A stretch of DNA of 63,510 nucleotides, counting the filler, from Choristocarpus tenellus KU-1152 (lineage: Eukaryota > Protista > Phaeophyceae), in the NCBI GenBank assembly GCA_964200185.2. It is 9 parts of 9 records of this genome, joined end to end, with 100 filler letters (N's around TTAATTAATTAA, not from the genome) between each part and the next. Parts side by side here need not be neighbours in the genome. Positions count along the whole stretch, not along the records: positions 1 to 9,799 come from CAXNAD020003383.1; positions 9,900 to 14,311 come from CAXNAD020014679.1; 7 more parts are not named here. One strand, given 5' to 3'. The notes beneath the pieces are model-generated. The model was not told the origin of the DNA. It did no database searches and was given only the letters and a program-made list of their open reading frames with translations. Positions 1 to 11,820 of this stretch are shown here, one piece after another. The position numbers and the translations under genes are program-made. Positions within the stretch are counted from its first letter, which is position 1, and each line of letters opens with the position of its first letter.

Positions 1-680
1 CCGCATGGGGTCTGGTCTTCCACCTCCTGGGGCACTTGCGGACACTGGATCAGCCCCCTACCCGTATAAGACCTCCTGGATGCCACAATTTGCAGAAATG
101 CAAGCAGTCTCCCATCTACCCCACTCATCCAACAGCAATGGTGTTGCTGCTGCTGCAGCTGAGGTGTGAAAGTGCACCTACTACAACGGATCTTGTGACC
201 CTCGTAGTTTTTACCCCAGCACGTTTTGCGGTAGAAAATTTTGGGCGCCTCGGCAAGCGAACAGAAATATTTCTGGATGAGTTGGCTACGCAAGCGGTAG
301 GGGGGAGAGGGGTGCGAGACTAGAGTAGGAAAGGAGCTGTCAAATCCCGTTTACGACAGATAGTGCCTGTCACAACAAAAGTGGCCTATCAAGACGTGGC
401 ATGCGTTTAAACCTGGAGACACCAGGGAGAATGGCTAGGAGGGGCTTGTTACATTATTGGGAATGCTTCCTTAGCTCTTCGCCATGGGGTGTAGGGCAAA
501 GCTAGGTTGGATGTATAGGAGGGGAGTGGTATAGCATAGGTGGTATTCAGATAGTAGAATAGGTTACACAAAATATCTTTCACATTTACGACAACTGTTA
601 CTTTTTTAGGGGTTCTTCTGATGATATTGAATTGGCTTTTTATTGGTTTTTTCGACACATCTACAAAATGTCAGAGGGCA
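1..680 (+). mobile_element. 3' fragment of CRE/R2-like non-LTR retrotransposon (RLE endonuclease region plus 3' tail), copy A
   Basis: Encodes FAVENFGRLGKRTEIFLDELATQAVGGRG..KGAVKSRLRQIVPVTT with stops and frameshifts; aligns by eye to copies at 1455-2100, 15920-16530, 24590-25440 and 26300-26440. Confidence 0.8.
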
Positions 681-1454
681 AAATATAGTATACATATTCC
701 ACGTGTGAGAGTCATCTTCCAACCCAAGGTATACCTCAAGGTCTGTTGCTCAGATGACATCTGCTTTTGCGTGTTGAAGTTAACATCTATCTGCTTGAAG
801 TAAATATCGAGTGGTTTGAGGGAACCTTGCAAACCCCCCTCATTCACTTTTTGCTTGTTCACTCTTTCCTGAGTGATCTGAGGGATTGCTCATACATACA
901 TATATATATATATATAATACGACATGCATATATCATAAGTGTTATTTTGCAAGAAGTAGGTACCATCGCACCTAGCGGCAATGCCCCCCAGTTGCATACC
1001 AAGTCGTCAAAAACTTTATACTATGAAGATGTTGAGATCAAAACTATGTGGGTGTTTTTTAGGGGGTTGGCACATTTAAAAAAAATATTTCTCACTCAAC
1101 GGATACGCGGGAAGTTTATTTCTCCATAACCTCACCAAAAATATGAAAAATGTGTATGTACTATATTATAATCTTCGAACGCATACATTACTATATTACG
1201 TTTGGAATTTGAGGTCAAATTTCTGATGTTGGAGTGGATTATTAGATTTATACTAGACATCAGATCGTTCGTCCCACCTTTTCTGAAGAATTGGGCAGAC
1301 CAAACAAAGGTGCTTTCCACAATTAGGGTTGAGGTTAGGGTGAAGAGCTCCATAGTCTATTTGATTAATCAAATAAGAGTCAGCGAACGATCAAATTCGT
1401 TTTGGAGTAATGATTTTACAGTTTGAGAATATATATCATTATACCCACAAACAT

Positions 1455-2100
1455 TTTCGAGATGTATCAGGGGGGGGACAAGGCAAAAAAGACGTAAACA
1501 ATCAGCAAGAAACTACGAGAACATCTGGAACAATGATAGTTGTCGTTTCCAGTACCTATTTTCTACTTAATCTGCACCCACTACTGCTATAAACAACAGT
1601 ATCACATGCAGTATTGTTCCTGCCCACGAAAGGATGTTCACTACTACTGTTCACTTGGACTAAACGTATGAATTCTGGGTGAGGAGCTAGGAGGGAAGAA
1701 TTTCAAGAATCTGTGAGACACTTTCTTGTCCACCAACCCATTGTCTCCATCTTGAAGTTCGTGGCACGCATCGAAAGAGGTACCTGCAAAGTCAGTTCCT
1801 ATTACCCGATCTGTCTCAAATAAGTCGTGAGGGTCCCTTACCTGCACTGTAACCCCCAGTCCTTCTCCTCCCTATCGCATGTATGTGCGGCATTTCATCG
1901 AGGAAACTCTCCTTTCGCTTATCATGGAGGTGCCCAAACTTTTCCACCTTGAAGGTGTCAGAGATTACAACTATGAGGACCCAAAGGTCCCAAAGGTCCT
2001 TGGTAGTGGGTGCGCTTTTGCACCTCGGCTGCTGCAGCAGCAACACCACTGGTGGTGGATGAGTTGGGTCAGGTGGTGACCTGCCTGGACCTCTGGAAAA
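1455..2100 (-). mobile_element. CRE/R2-like RLE retrotransposon 3' fragment, copy B
   Basis: Minus strand encodes TFKVEKFGHL..RKESFLDEM..HAIGRR..GYS; the tail matches the reverse complement of the copy A tail; boundaries approximate. Confidence 0.7.
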
Positions 2101-3129
2101 ACGACTTTTGAAAGTAGACTCTCTAGGCCTTTGTCCTGTTTGATACTGTCTTGTCTTCGTCGACTCACCATTTCAATGATAGATATGGGATGCACCCCCA
2201 CACCTCATATTTTATATGAACAGTGGATATAGAATATAGAACAAAACTAATTGATGGGCGATTTGAAGCATTTAAAGTTCAGTAGATAGAGTTTTTCGCG
2301 CATGTACCTTAGACTCGCGCGAGTAACAGGGACTCCAAACGAGATAGATGAACCTCCTGCTTCGTGGGTAGCCCTGTTTTTGTGCAAACGCACGATCATG
2401 AGGAAGTTCTTGTGCGCGTGGTTGGGCGTGCATGTGATCCACTTTCCACCTACTTCAACAGAGTCGTTGAAGGGTACTTTATTGGCTTGCCTGCACCTGA
2501 CGCCAGACTCAGGGTAGATCAACATCCCTCGGGGATATTTTACTTGGTTTGCACCTCATACCCTAGCCCCTGATGTTTGTTAGCAGTCTGACAGTCTTTG
2601 TCCCTGTATTCACACTCAATGTTCCAGTGTGATGAAGGTTGACACAAGGTGGCAGAAAGTGGGTTTGTAGGTAATCGTATCAAGGAGATTATTTTTTTAC
2701 ATACTTTCTCACACTCGAAGTGGACAATAGTAGGCACATGGGGGCGAGGATTTCCCTCAATCGACCTTTTGACACTTGAAGACCGTTGTGATTTGAGTTG
2801 AGGGAGACAAGCGCTGATGTAGGAGTGTAGCCTGCACTCCGATTTCTGTTGCTGCATTTGTACGTATCTGTGACTGAGATGGATGTGTTTGTGGCGAATG
2901 TGCTCTTTATTTATTTTCCAGGTGTCCCTCGCAACAACAGCATCTCGTGTGTCATTGGTCCTAGCACCTAATGTTACCATCCTTTCTTTACGGTTTGTTG
3001 TCAGAGTTACATCTGTCTCGAGAACTACATGCTCAGACAAATCTGTTTTAACAATTTTGTGGAGTAATCATGTTAAGAACTCCTTCATGTGTCTTTTCCG
3101 CAACAACCATATTGGGCTACTGCCGAAAT

Positions 3130-3530
3130 TCTATGGCCACGATAGGGTACTGGAGGGTGCGATGAAGTGAATGGGGAGCAGAGAGGGGTTGTGCTGGGGG
3201 GAAAAGAAGAGGGGAAGCTCTGCTAGGTGATACCCTCTCTGCTCCAGCAGTTCAAGGAGGAAAGAAACACTGGGAGGTGTGTACCTGGGTAAACACGTGG
3301 GGTCTGTGTTGGGGGCGGAGGAAATGAAGAACATCTGCCATGAAGCACCCATGGTGCTTGAACAGCAGCAGAAGGGAGGGAACCTGGGGGGGAAATTGCG
3401 TAGTCTGTCTCTGGGGAAAGTGAGGAAGAATTTAAACAGTTACGTGATATGGTACTCTAGCTGCACTGGGAGGAATAGTGCAGGCCTGTATCTGGATAGT
3501 AGGGATGGGTTGTGGCTAGGGATCCCATAA
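3130..3530 (-). mobile_element. Possible Penelope-like reverse transcriptase C-terminal remnant
   Basis: Frameshifted peptides LFKH..FMADVLHFLR / PNT and FLLELLEQRGYHLAELPLFF resemble the GE.xR..NS and L..RGYP motifs of Penelope RT; very degenerate. Confidence 0.3.
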
Positions 3531-5202
3531 AAGAATCCCTGAAAGAATAAAAATTATGTATCCATTCCTAGCACCCTCTCCACCATGTATAATACGTATA
3601 GAGCAGGTATGACGTAAGGAAGATTCAACGTATCATACTTAAAAAACGTTGCAGGGGGTGGAAACTCCCTTTTTTGTTATTTGGTCTATTGGACCCGTTG
3701 TTGTTCTTGAAATATAAAACAGGACTAGAAATGGGTAGGTCCCAAATGTGAAATATAAGTGACTACATTTGTGACAGGGAAAATCAAAACGATTTTGTTG
3801 TTTAATGTATTAATGCCAAGTTCATGCGCGTATCACATGCGCGCGAAGAAAGTCAATTTCCCTATGTCTAGAAGTATATATATCAAAGTATGAAAAACCC
3901 TAGACAGCATATAGCATAAATATGAGAAGGGCGGCCTAGTCTAATTTTTTGTTGATCAACAGGGAGAGTGGGGAAGAAAATAGATCAAAGAAGTGCTCCC
4001 TACCATTCCTGTACCATGATCCAAGCTTAGTTTGTGTGTATCTAATATCTAATCAGTTCATGTGGGCTTTTTACTTTGCTCACGAATTCTGGACTAAGTA
4101 CTTCGTCTCTCATTTATCCTCACACCCACTCCACTCCTCCTCGACCAACGTCACACCACTCATTCCTTACCATATCACCAATATACACCATTCTTGGCAC
4201 CCTACAAACTCTGCGGGCACTTTCTGTGTATCCACTTACCAACAAATATAGCCTATCTAGTTACGAGCCAATGCAAACCAATTCTCCCCATAAGTTTCCA
4301 GTCACCAAACCACCCAGTCATCAACAATTGCGGCCACTGGTATCCAATTACCAAACTTTGCAGCCAATTTCCGCACATCCACTCCCACACCAATCCTCCC
4401 AAATCTTCTTACCATCATTCATGACACCACTCCACATTTCCTCCCCAGCGACACCCCACGTTTCTCCACAACACTCTACATTCATCTAACGACACCCCAC
4501 AATAACCCAAAACACTCCACCTTCATCCACTCCCATACTGTGCACTTAAAGTAGAAGACGTCTATCTACCCTGCCTGAGATTAACCCCCTCCCTCTCTCA
4601 ACATCCCAACCAATTGTTAAGCAATCAAGAGGGTAGAGGGGTCAGAAAGATTGGTCAGAAGTTGCCTTGATCCTTCCCCCCTTGTCCTTTTATGCCTCCC
4701 TCTGAGTTTGACCTGCCTTCTATTCTGTCTCCTTCTAGGTTCTCCCCCCTTCTTTCATTTTCCGTTGGCTCTACTTTATCAATTCGTTTACGTATCTACC
4801 ATTGCGAATTCTCACCCTCACAAAACTTAAGATTACTTCATAACCTACCTACATCTTCACGTATCGTATGATCCCTCATGATGCCTATCACTTCGTCAAA
4901 AATCCTATACGAATCCACAATATACCCAAAACTCAGAATTTCCTTCACTCCGTATCTTTCTCAACTCAACAGTCTTGATGTGATGATCTATCAACCTACA
5001 CCTCCACATCTACCTCTGTCCAAAATAATAAAAATGGTTACAGTTGTAATATATACAGTATCATCAGAATTCCACTTACACAAATTGACAAATTGTAATT
5101 TATCGTTTTGTTTTGCTAGTATGGAAGACATGAGTGTCTAGTGCAATTTAAACCTTTATAGGACCTGTGAAACAATTGACTCCTCCCTTTGTTGCATGTG
5201 GG

Positions 5203-8200
5203 ATGGAGCTGACTTGGGCAATGAAACTCAGAAGGATTTTTATCGGAACACTAGTGCTATGCTTAAGTTGTGCACCTTGTATTTGGGGAGTTGGCGCTCG
5301 AACACTTTCGGTCCAAATTCACCGAGAAGAAACACGCTTGTCAGGTGTTCTACGGAAGAGGGTACTTAAAGAGGACGGGGGATTGGGACAGCATAGATCA
5401 CTCTTGGGTACTACTGGTGTGGCTGTGGACAATTGTGACAATGTTTTGTACTCGGGCATTATCACGCTCGGTACGCCTCCGCAATGGTTCAGAGTGGTAT
5501 TTGATACAGGCAGCAAGGTTCTCTGGGTAAGTGTCAAAGGTTGAGCAAGGAACTTCAAAGCCTTGTTATTTTTTTACTAAGCCACTGCCACTTATCAGTG
5601 GTCAAGTTCCTGTGATTCATCTGCTTCAACCTCCTCCCAATGGACATGTATGCCCGATGGTAAAGGTTGGTTTCACCCTCCTTGTCTGATCAAGCTTCAT
5701 CGTCTCATGTTCTCATCTTCTCAAACCACTGTCTCACTAGGTCACTGGTAGTGCTTGCACGGAGGGTGACTGTGAAGATGATGTTGCGAAGTACGACTCC
5801 TTGAAGTCGTCAACGTATATCGAGGATGGAACTGCTATTGCCCCAGCCTACGAAGATGGGTCGGGCGCCAAAGGTTTCAACTCTTCCCATTGACGAACTC
5901 CCATCCATTTCGTGGCGAGGTTTACAGTCGACGACCTTGCCCACACACTACAAAACGTGCCCACTATCGATGATAGAAGCTCATAATTTGGACGTCACTG
6001 CTGCACAATGCTCGCTCAGCACAGAATGTTTACCCTCCCAACTTCCCACCACCCAACTTATCCCCCATCCCCTACGCGTCCTTCATGCTGCACGTTGATA
6101 ACCACTCCTCTATATGTGACTGGCGAAAGGCGTTCTTTCGACGGACATTTTGGGCATAGGGGAAGTTTCTACGCGAGTTACGTTTGGCGAAGCGTTCGAG
6201 AGGGATCTTACCAGCTGCCAGTACGTGGACGGCATTATGGGGCTGGCTCCCCTATCGGATGATGAAACCGACATGGAAAGCATTTTCGACAGTCTTTTGC
6301 AGGTGTATCTCCCCCCTCCCCTCACCACACCCTTTCCACCATCACACCATTGTACCGCTTATTTTTCGCCAGAGTACTCATTTATCTTTTCCCCCTTTTA
6401 AAGAGTCTTGGTGGGGATATCTCACCTACTGCCAACAACACACTTCTCCTAGTCATGATCATTAATGCATAGCGGATGTAATCACAACGAACCCTCTTAG
6501 ATGCCGGTCCCAAGTTACAAGAACCAAGAAATATGTTCTGCTCCACTTACACTTTTTTTGCAGGCAGGTGTTCTGGATTCACCACTGTTTTCGTTCTACC
6601 TCGGTAATGTGGACACCGATGCAACTGGTGGATTGCTCACCCTTGGGGGAGTGGATCAGACGCACTATGAAGGTGAGTCAGGCGCCTACCTCTCCTTCCG
6701 TCGGCTCACTGTATATACAGCTCATGTACATTTTGGGTTTCCACTCCTTTGGTACGTTTTTCGAACCGCGCTGAGCACTGTGTGTACCGGTGGCACATGT
6801 GATCAAAGACTTTTTTTGACCACCTTTTTTTTTTTAAGAGTTGGATTAATCGTTGCATCCGAAACAAGAGAGAGAGGGAGGGGTTTTGTTTTGTTCCCTC
6901 TTGTGGCGTATTCACATGTTTTTTTTTTCTTCTATTGTTGAGAAATGAATCGTAACAGTTCGTTTTTCGATTCGATCCGCATCCGTTCGACCAAATTCGA
7001 AAAAATAAAAATGAAAAAGAAAAAGAAAAGGAAAGTAAAACCGATTCATATTGTTTGTTTTGTTTATTTTTCATCACAACACGAGCCGAAGCGCGACCAG
7101 AGTCCGCAGAAACGCACGTTCGTCACGAAAAGGTTGATACCACTGCCGACAACTCTTTGCTGATTTTAAACAGCCCACAGTTCAATTCGGTGCAGATTTG
7201 CCATGGCAAGACGCCCGTGAACTTCTTCTGCATTTTTTTTTGTGCCAACGCCTGGCAGGCGGTGTGGTGCGGTGTGGCGTCACTCCGTGAACCGCGTGCG
7301 TTTCGTGATTTTTTTTTTCACGCGTCGTGTTTTGTGCGCCGGCAGTTACAAAAATCGGATAAATTATTTTTTATTTATTGCCGTAGCTGGCTACGGTCGC
7401 AGTCGTAAATTCTTTTGTTTCGCAACGTACGCTTCTTTTGGCTCTTTTCTATGTTTTTCACGATGGTACAAGAGTCAAAAGGCACTTAACTGTTGGTAAC
7501 GGACTTTCACTGTTAGTCAGGGTTTGCCTTGGTGATGTAGAGATGAGTCGTTATCATGGAAGGGTCTTGAGGAATTAAAAAAAAAAGAAATTGGCGTGAG
7601 TCTCTCCCTGTAAAGGATCCTGTGTGTACGCACTTGATGTACATGGATGGTTTTTCATAGGTTTGGTAAGGCTTTTTCAAGGGAGGGAAAAAACGATAAT
7701 AATTACTGTTGTACTCCTGAGTGTTCGCACCTTTTTTTTGTTGTTGTAGCATCTGCTTTGGGTTGCGATGTGTACTCTCCAAGTAGTTGAACACTTGGCG
7801 GTTGCATTGTTATTAGCAAAAGTCTGGTGAAGGTACGCTTTTTGTCAGAGCTCCCAGGGCTGTTGAGTGTTAAGTAGAACGGGTTATGTTTTTAAATGTA
7901 CCGATTTTACTTCACCTCCCACATAGGAGGAAAGAAACGGTTGTCCCCAAGCACCACCTCTCTTCCTGTGGGTGAATCACCCCAATGCCACGAGGGGGAT
8001 GACCAACCAGTCAGTTTGATCTACCTCTCATTCTCTTGCAGGCCTGTTTTGATCTATACGAACATACTTGCATGTCTAGTGCATGTCTAGTGCATGTCTA
8101 GTGGTGAAAATGGAAAGGGTAAAGCAGCCTGTGAGTAGCCCTCTGCTTACCCTCTGTTTGACCGGGCTATGGTCAGTCACCAGCCTATGGTCAATATGAT

Positions 8201-8328
8201 AATATAACAAATGGTGCTTCTGGTTCTATGTTGCTCACACCCTGTCTCAAGGCTGCCTGGAATGGATTGACTTGCATGGTGCACTTAGGGAGTCTGGGTT
8301 CTGGGCGGTGATGATGAAGAGTCTCAAG
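5203..8328 (+). CDS. Secreted aspartic protease, pepsin family A1; C-terminal lobe incomplete on this contig
   Basis: GT-AG exons in consistent phase: 5203(or 5221)-5526, 5741-5873, 6130-6302, 6564-6672, 8252-8328. Signal peptide, [76 protein letters not shown]...GFWAV. Second D[ST]G motif not found before the gap at 9800. Confidence 0.93.
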
Positions 8329-8398
8329 GTGCGGTTCCCGAAGTAGGAGGTGATGATGAAGAGTCTCAAGGTGCGGTTCCCGAAGTAGGAGGTGATGA
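8307..8398 (+). repeat. 42-bp tandem repeat (about 2.2 copies) spanning the protease exon 5 splice donor
   Basis: ggtgatgatgaagagtctcaaggtgcggttcccgaagtagga at 8307 and 8349, partial at 8391. Confidence 0.9.
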
Positions 8399-8508
8399 AC
8401 AGAAATCCGTCCATCTATCCATCCATCCGTTTGTCTGTCTATCTTTTTTTTATTATTATTTAATCAGTGATGTGTCTGGTTCCATCTTCAGTACCTGTTT
8501 TGGTGGTT

Positions 8509-8683
8509 GTTTGAAGGGGACGGATGTGTTTGAAGCGGGTAGGGTAGGGAGGGGCGAGTGGAATGAAGAGCTCGCTGGGAATTTTACTCCGGGTTTGAAG
8601 GGGATGGATGTGTTTGAAGCGGGTAGGGTAGGGAGGGGTGAGTGGAATGAAGAACTTGCTGGGAATTTTACTCCGGGTTTGAA
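8509..8683 (+). repeat. 84-bp tandem repeat, 2 copies
   Basis: Units begin gtttgaagggga at 8509 and 8593; a third unit starts at 8677. Confidence 0.9.
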
Positions 8684-9401
8684 CGTGTGTAAGTTGTCTT
8701 TTGTTTAGGCTGTTGGACTTGATGCTGACCTGAGTAAGTTAGGACTTGAACGGTGGTGTGGGGGAGGGAGAGGGGTGATAGAGTTACTACTACTAGCCTC
8801 TCACACTGGGACACACCCTAACCCTAACCCTATCCCTAACCCTAACCCTGAGAGATCTGTCTCTGAAAATTGTGCTGGGAATGAAAATGATGCGGGTGCG
8901 GCATATGCTTGCTGCAATTGCACACGTACATACACCTGAGAGCCGGCAGGTCAATATAATAATACATAAAATATATTTTTTGAATTGAAGCGTTAATTGT
9001 TTTTTTTGAACTTGGGTTGTATGCATAGATAGGTGTAGCCTCTGCATAACAATGATATATATGTATGTGTTCCTTGTTTTTGATTGGGGTGTCTAAGACA
9101 TGGATAAGGCGTTGTTAGTGTGTGTTTTGCTGTTGACGAGCATCGCCGGCATCATTTTTATTAGCTCGAGTTGGAAACATTAAATTAAAAAAAAAGAAAC
9201 GTCCTATTACGTTGGTCGGCACCAATCAAACAAAAAAAATACTTGGTTTATATCTCGCCCACTTTTTTTTTGAGGGGGGGGCGGGGGGGGGAGGGGGGGA
9301 TATATTTTTTTGAGAGGTGATGAAATAAAATGTTTTTATTTTGCACGTCACTCTCCACCGCATCAACAGTAAAACCAAAACACAAACCTACTGATGGTAG
9401 G

Positions 9402-9428
9402 GGTTAGGGTTAGGGTTAGGGTTAGGGT
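9402..9428 (+). repeat. Interstitial telomeric repeat (TTAGGG)n
   Basis: About 4 perfect units. Similar tracts near 8817, 30020, 31912, 36562, 39056, 39505, 39740, 40429, 40819, 44713 and 49134. Confidence 0.85.
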
Positions 9429-9799
9429 AACAGAAAGTGCATTGGAAAGTACAGGGTCCTGGTATCAACAAGTGTATGGGGTGTATATGTCGCCTCCTCT
9501 GACAGTTTCTGACAGTTTCAAGGTGGTGGACAGTTTCAAGGTTGTGGCAGCGCTTCGAAGCTGAGCCGCCTGTTTTAGGGTTGTCAAGTAATAACTAGGC
9601 TTGTGATTGGTGGGTTGGTGTTCTCGACCTATGATTACCTCAAACTTAACCAATGAATGGGTTCTCACACGAGTGAGGAAGGCAGTAACCTTGAAATCCA
9701 GGCTACTTACTTGGGTTTTTTTTCCCAACCCTTCAAAGGCGTGCGAGTTCTGGAGGTGCTTGTAATCCCTCGTGGTGGTGGATGCATTGCAAGTTGGGG

Positions 9800-9899
9800 N
9801 NNNNNNNNNNNNNNNNNNNNNNNNNNNNNNNNNNNNNNNNNNNTTAATTAATTAANNNNNNNNNNNNNNNNNNNNNNNNNNNNNNNNNNNNNNNNNNNN
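9800..9899. other. Artificial contig linker N44-TTAATTAATTAA-N44
   Basis: Identical 100-bp linkers also at 14312-14411, 20090-20189, 26458-26557, 29116-29215, 49847-49946, 55105-55204 and 60824-60923; the core gives stops in all six frames. Confidence 0.97.
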
Positions 9900-9940
9900 C
9901 CAAATGGACAGCCGCCACCCCCTCTCAGATACTTTGAGCC
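9900..9940 (+). mobile_element. MITE family 1, right end cut by contig start
   Basis: caaatggacagccgccacccc..cagatactttgagcc matches the right end of the full copies. Confidence 0.8.
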
Positions 9941-10299
9941 TTACGTCTTACATTGCCTCTCATCCATGCGCATGTGTCAAATATCAGACAACACATTTGA
10001 ACATTCAAGAACAAGAACATCCTCCTCTACAGTACGAGACAGTACTACCCCAAATGCTTCGAACACTGCCACAAGAGAGGGAATCGATGAACAAAAGCTG
10101 CGTGGTGAATATATTCCGCAAAAGTAGTGTTCTTGCAAACTTCGTACATATGCCACCTACCAACAACCACGTCTAACATTGTCAGCGTCTGTGTCGCTGC
10201 TCGATCCAGGTGCTTCGTAGCAGGATGGTTCCCTCTTCCCTTAGTTGCGCCCTCTTCTGCTGCTTCAGGAGGACATGCCACCATGCACATTTTACGGAT

Positions 10300-11300
10300 C
10301 TAGCATGCCATTGTAAGGACCAACATAGATACTGGGGTAGTTCAAATTTCACTAGTGAACCTTGCCTCACCTTCCACACATAATTTATGTTTCCCTGAGG
10401 ATCTTATTCCTTCACCGATCAAGCCGCAACGCTAAGGTGGCCTGAATTCAGCATATTATGCATTGTGCATTTTCATAACTATCCTCCAGAGGATCAACCT
10501 TTGGTACCCCTTGGAGATGCAACACTTTGGTCTTCTGTGAATTGAGTTGGATGAGGTACAGTGCATGGTGAGACCAAGCGAGCCGAAGCAAAAGTGTTGT
10601 GTCTAGAAAATGAGTATTTATTTTAAAACAAAGATAGGTAGAAGCGTCTCGTGGACAGGATTGGCGTGAGTTTTGGGGAACCAATGACACCTAGAGGATA
10701 CATCCGAGCGCCATATTTGAACCATCACTAGCCTTGGGCTTTCCATATGATCTCTTGGTTTGTACCTCTAACTCGATACGACAGATCATTGGTGCAGAAA
10801 GTGGAGGTAGTCGCATGCACGTAAGTAGGTGGGCCCCACGCGGCTCTTCAAAACCCTCCCACCCCCCTACTCGTAGACGAGGGGGGTATGAACTAATCAT
10901 ATAAAGCCTGGCATAAGTACTTTCTGCGGTCATCAAGAGGTGAGATATTTCGTGTCAATTACTGCAAGGTACAGGGATATCTTTTTGAACACCTTGAATA
11001 CTGCTTGACGCAATTTTGAGCAAAATATTTGACATATTTCCCCACCTAAGATAAGAAAACTTGACCGCACACCAGTAGATGTATATTGAGCAAACTTGAT
11101 GCCGATCAAGGTGGTATAGGTGAACTGCACAATGTTCAGGGGAAGTGGAGGTCCCCCTTTAGGCGTGAGTTGATGCATGCCATGTTTGGCGGTATGGATG
11201 GATGAATCCCGTGAGGTTCAAGGGAGTTTATCTCCGAGAATGCGACGGAAGACAAAACAAACATTAAGCTGCAAGGTACCCATATCCTACCCCACTCCCC
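10300..11300 (-). mobile_element. Possible degenerate DIRS/Ngaro-like reverse transcriptase remnant
   Basis: Fragments HTAKHGMHQLTPKGGPPLPLN and SRQSCP..YLCFKINTHFLDTTL..LAWS loosely resemble the (A)FRQ.P...D.RL.FGW..SP region; many disablements. Confidence 0.25.
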
Positions 11301-11640
11301 TGTATTCGGTCACTTGATGGCTGGAAGAGAACAGGACATCCACTGATACAAGCTTACCACCTTCCTCAAGGTCAAGGAGGCATGCGGGAGTTTCACTTTC
11401 ATAAACCGGAGCAGATTGCGGATGTTGTGCGAGGCTTCAACTCAGACCCGGCCTTTTGGCCCATATATTTTAACGTGATAATGCTAGGGTCATCTCAGGG
11501 GAGGAGGTGAGACTGTGATTTGTTTGCGACCAATGTTTCTGCAGCTTTGGGGAAGGGCATAGGTATCATGTATACGGTGAAGACCTCTCTAACCTACATG
11601 TAGTCCATGTCAATAGTAAAGAATATTTGTTGAAAGAGCA

Positions 11641-11820
11641 AACCCGAAGTATCTGGGGGGGGGAGGTGGTCTACACCAGGGTGTCCATTTGGCCAAAAAT
11701 CAGGAAAAGTGCATTTGCATTATCCATCCGACTTATGCAACCAAATCACCCAAAAATTGCGACATGAGAAAATTGACCCCAAATGGACAGTCGCCACCCC
11801 ACCCCCAGATACTTTGAACC
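11641..11820 (+). mobile_element. MITE family 1, full copy (about 180 bp)
   Basis: TIRs aacccgaagtatctggggg ... cccccagatactttgaacc; conserved core ggtctacaccagggtgtccatttgg..caggaaaagtgcattt..gcaaccaaatca. Confidence 0.88.

Noticed and set aside
8307-8683. CRISPR-like array
   Set aside because: Head-to-tail tandem duplications with no unique spacers and no cas genes
9402-9428. A true telomere or telomere fusion
   Set aside because: The tracts are short, internal and flanked by unique sequence
9844-9855. Recurring palindrome TTAATTAATTAA as a biological motif
   Set aside because: Always centred in exactly 44+44 Ns; a synthetic scaffold linker
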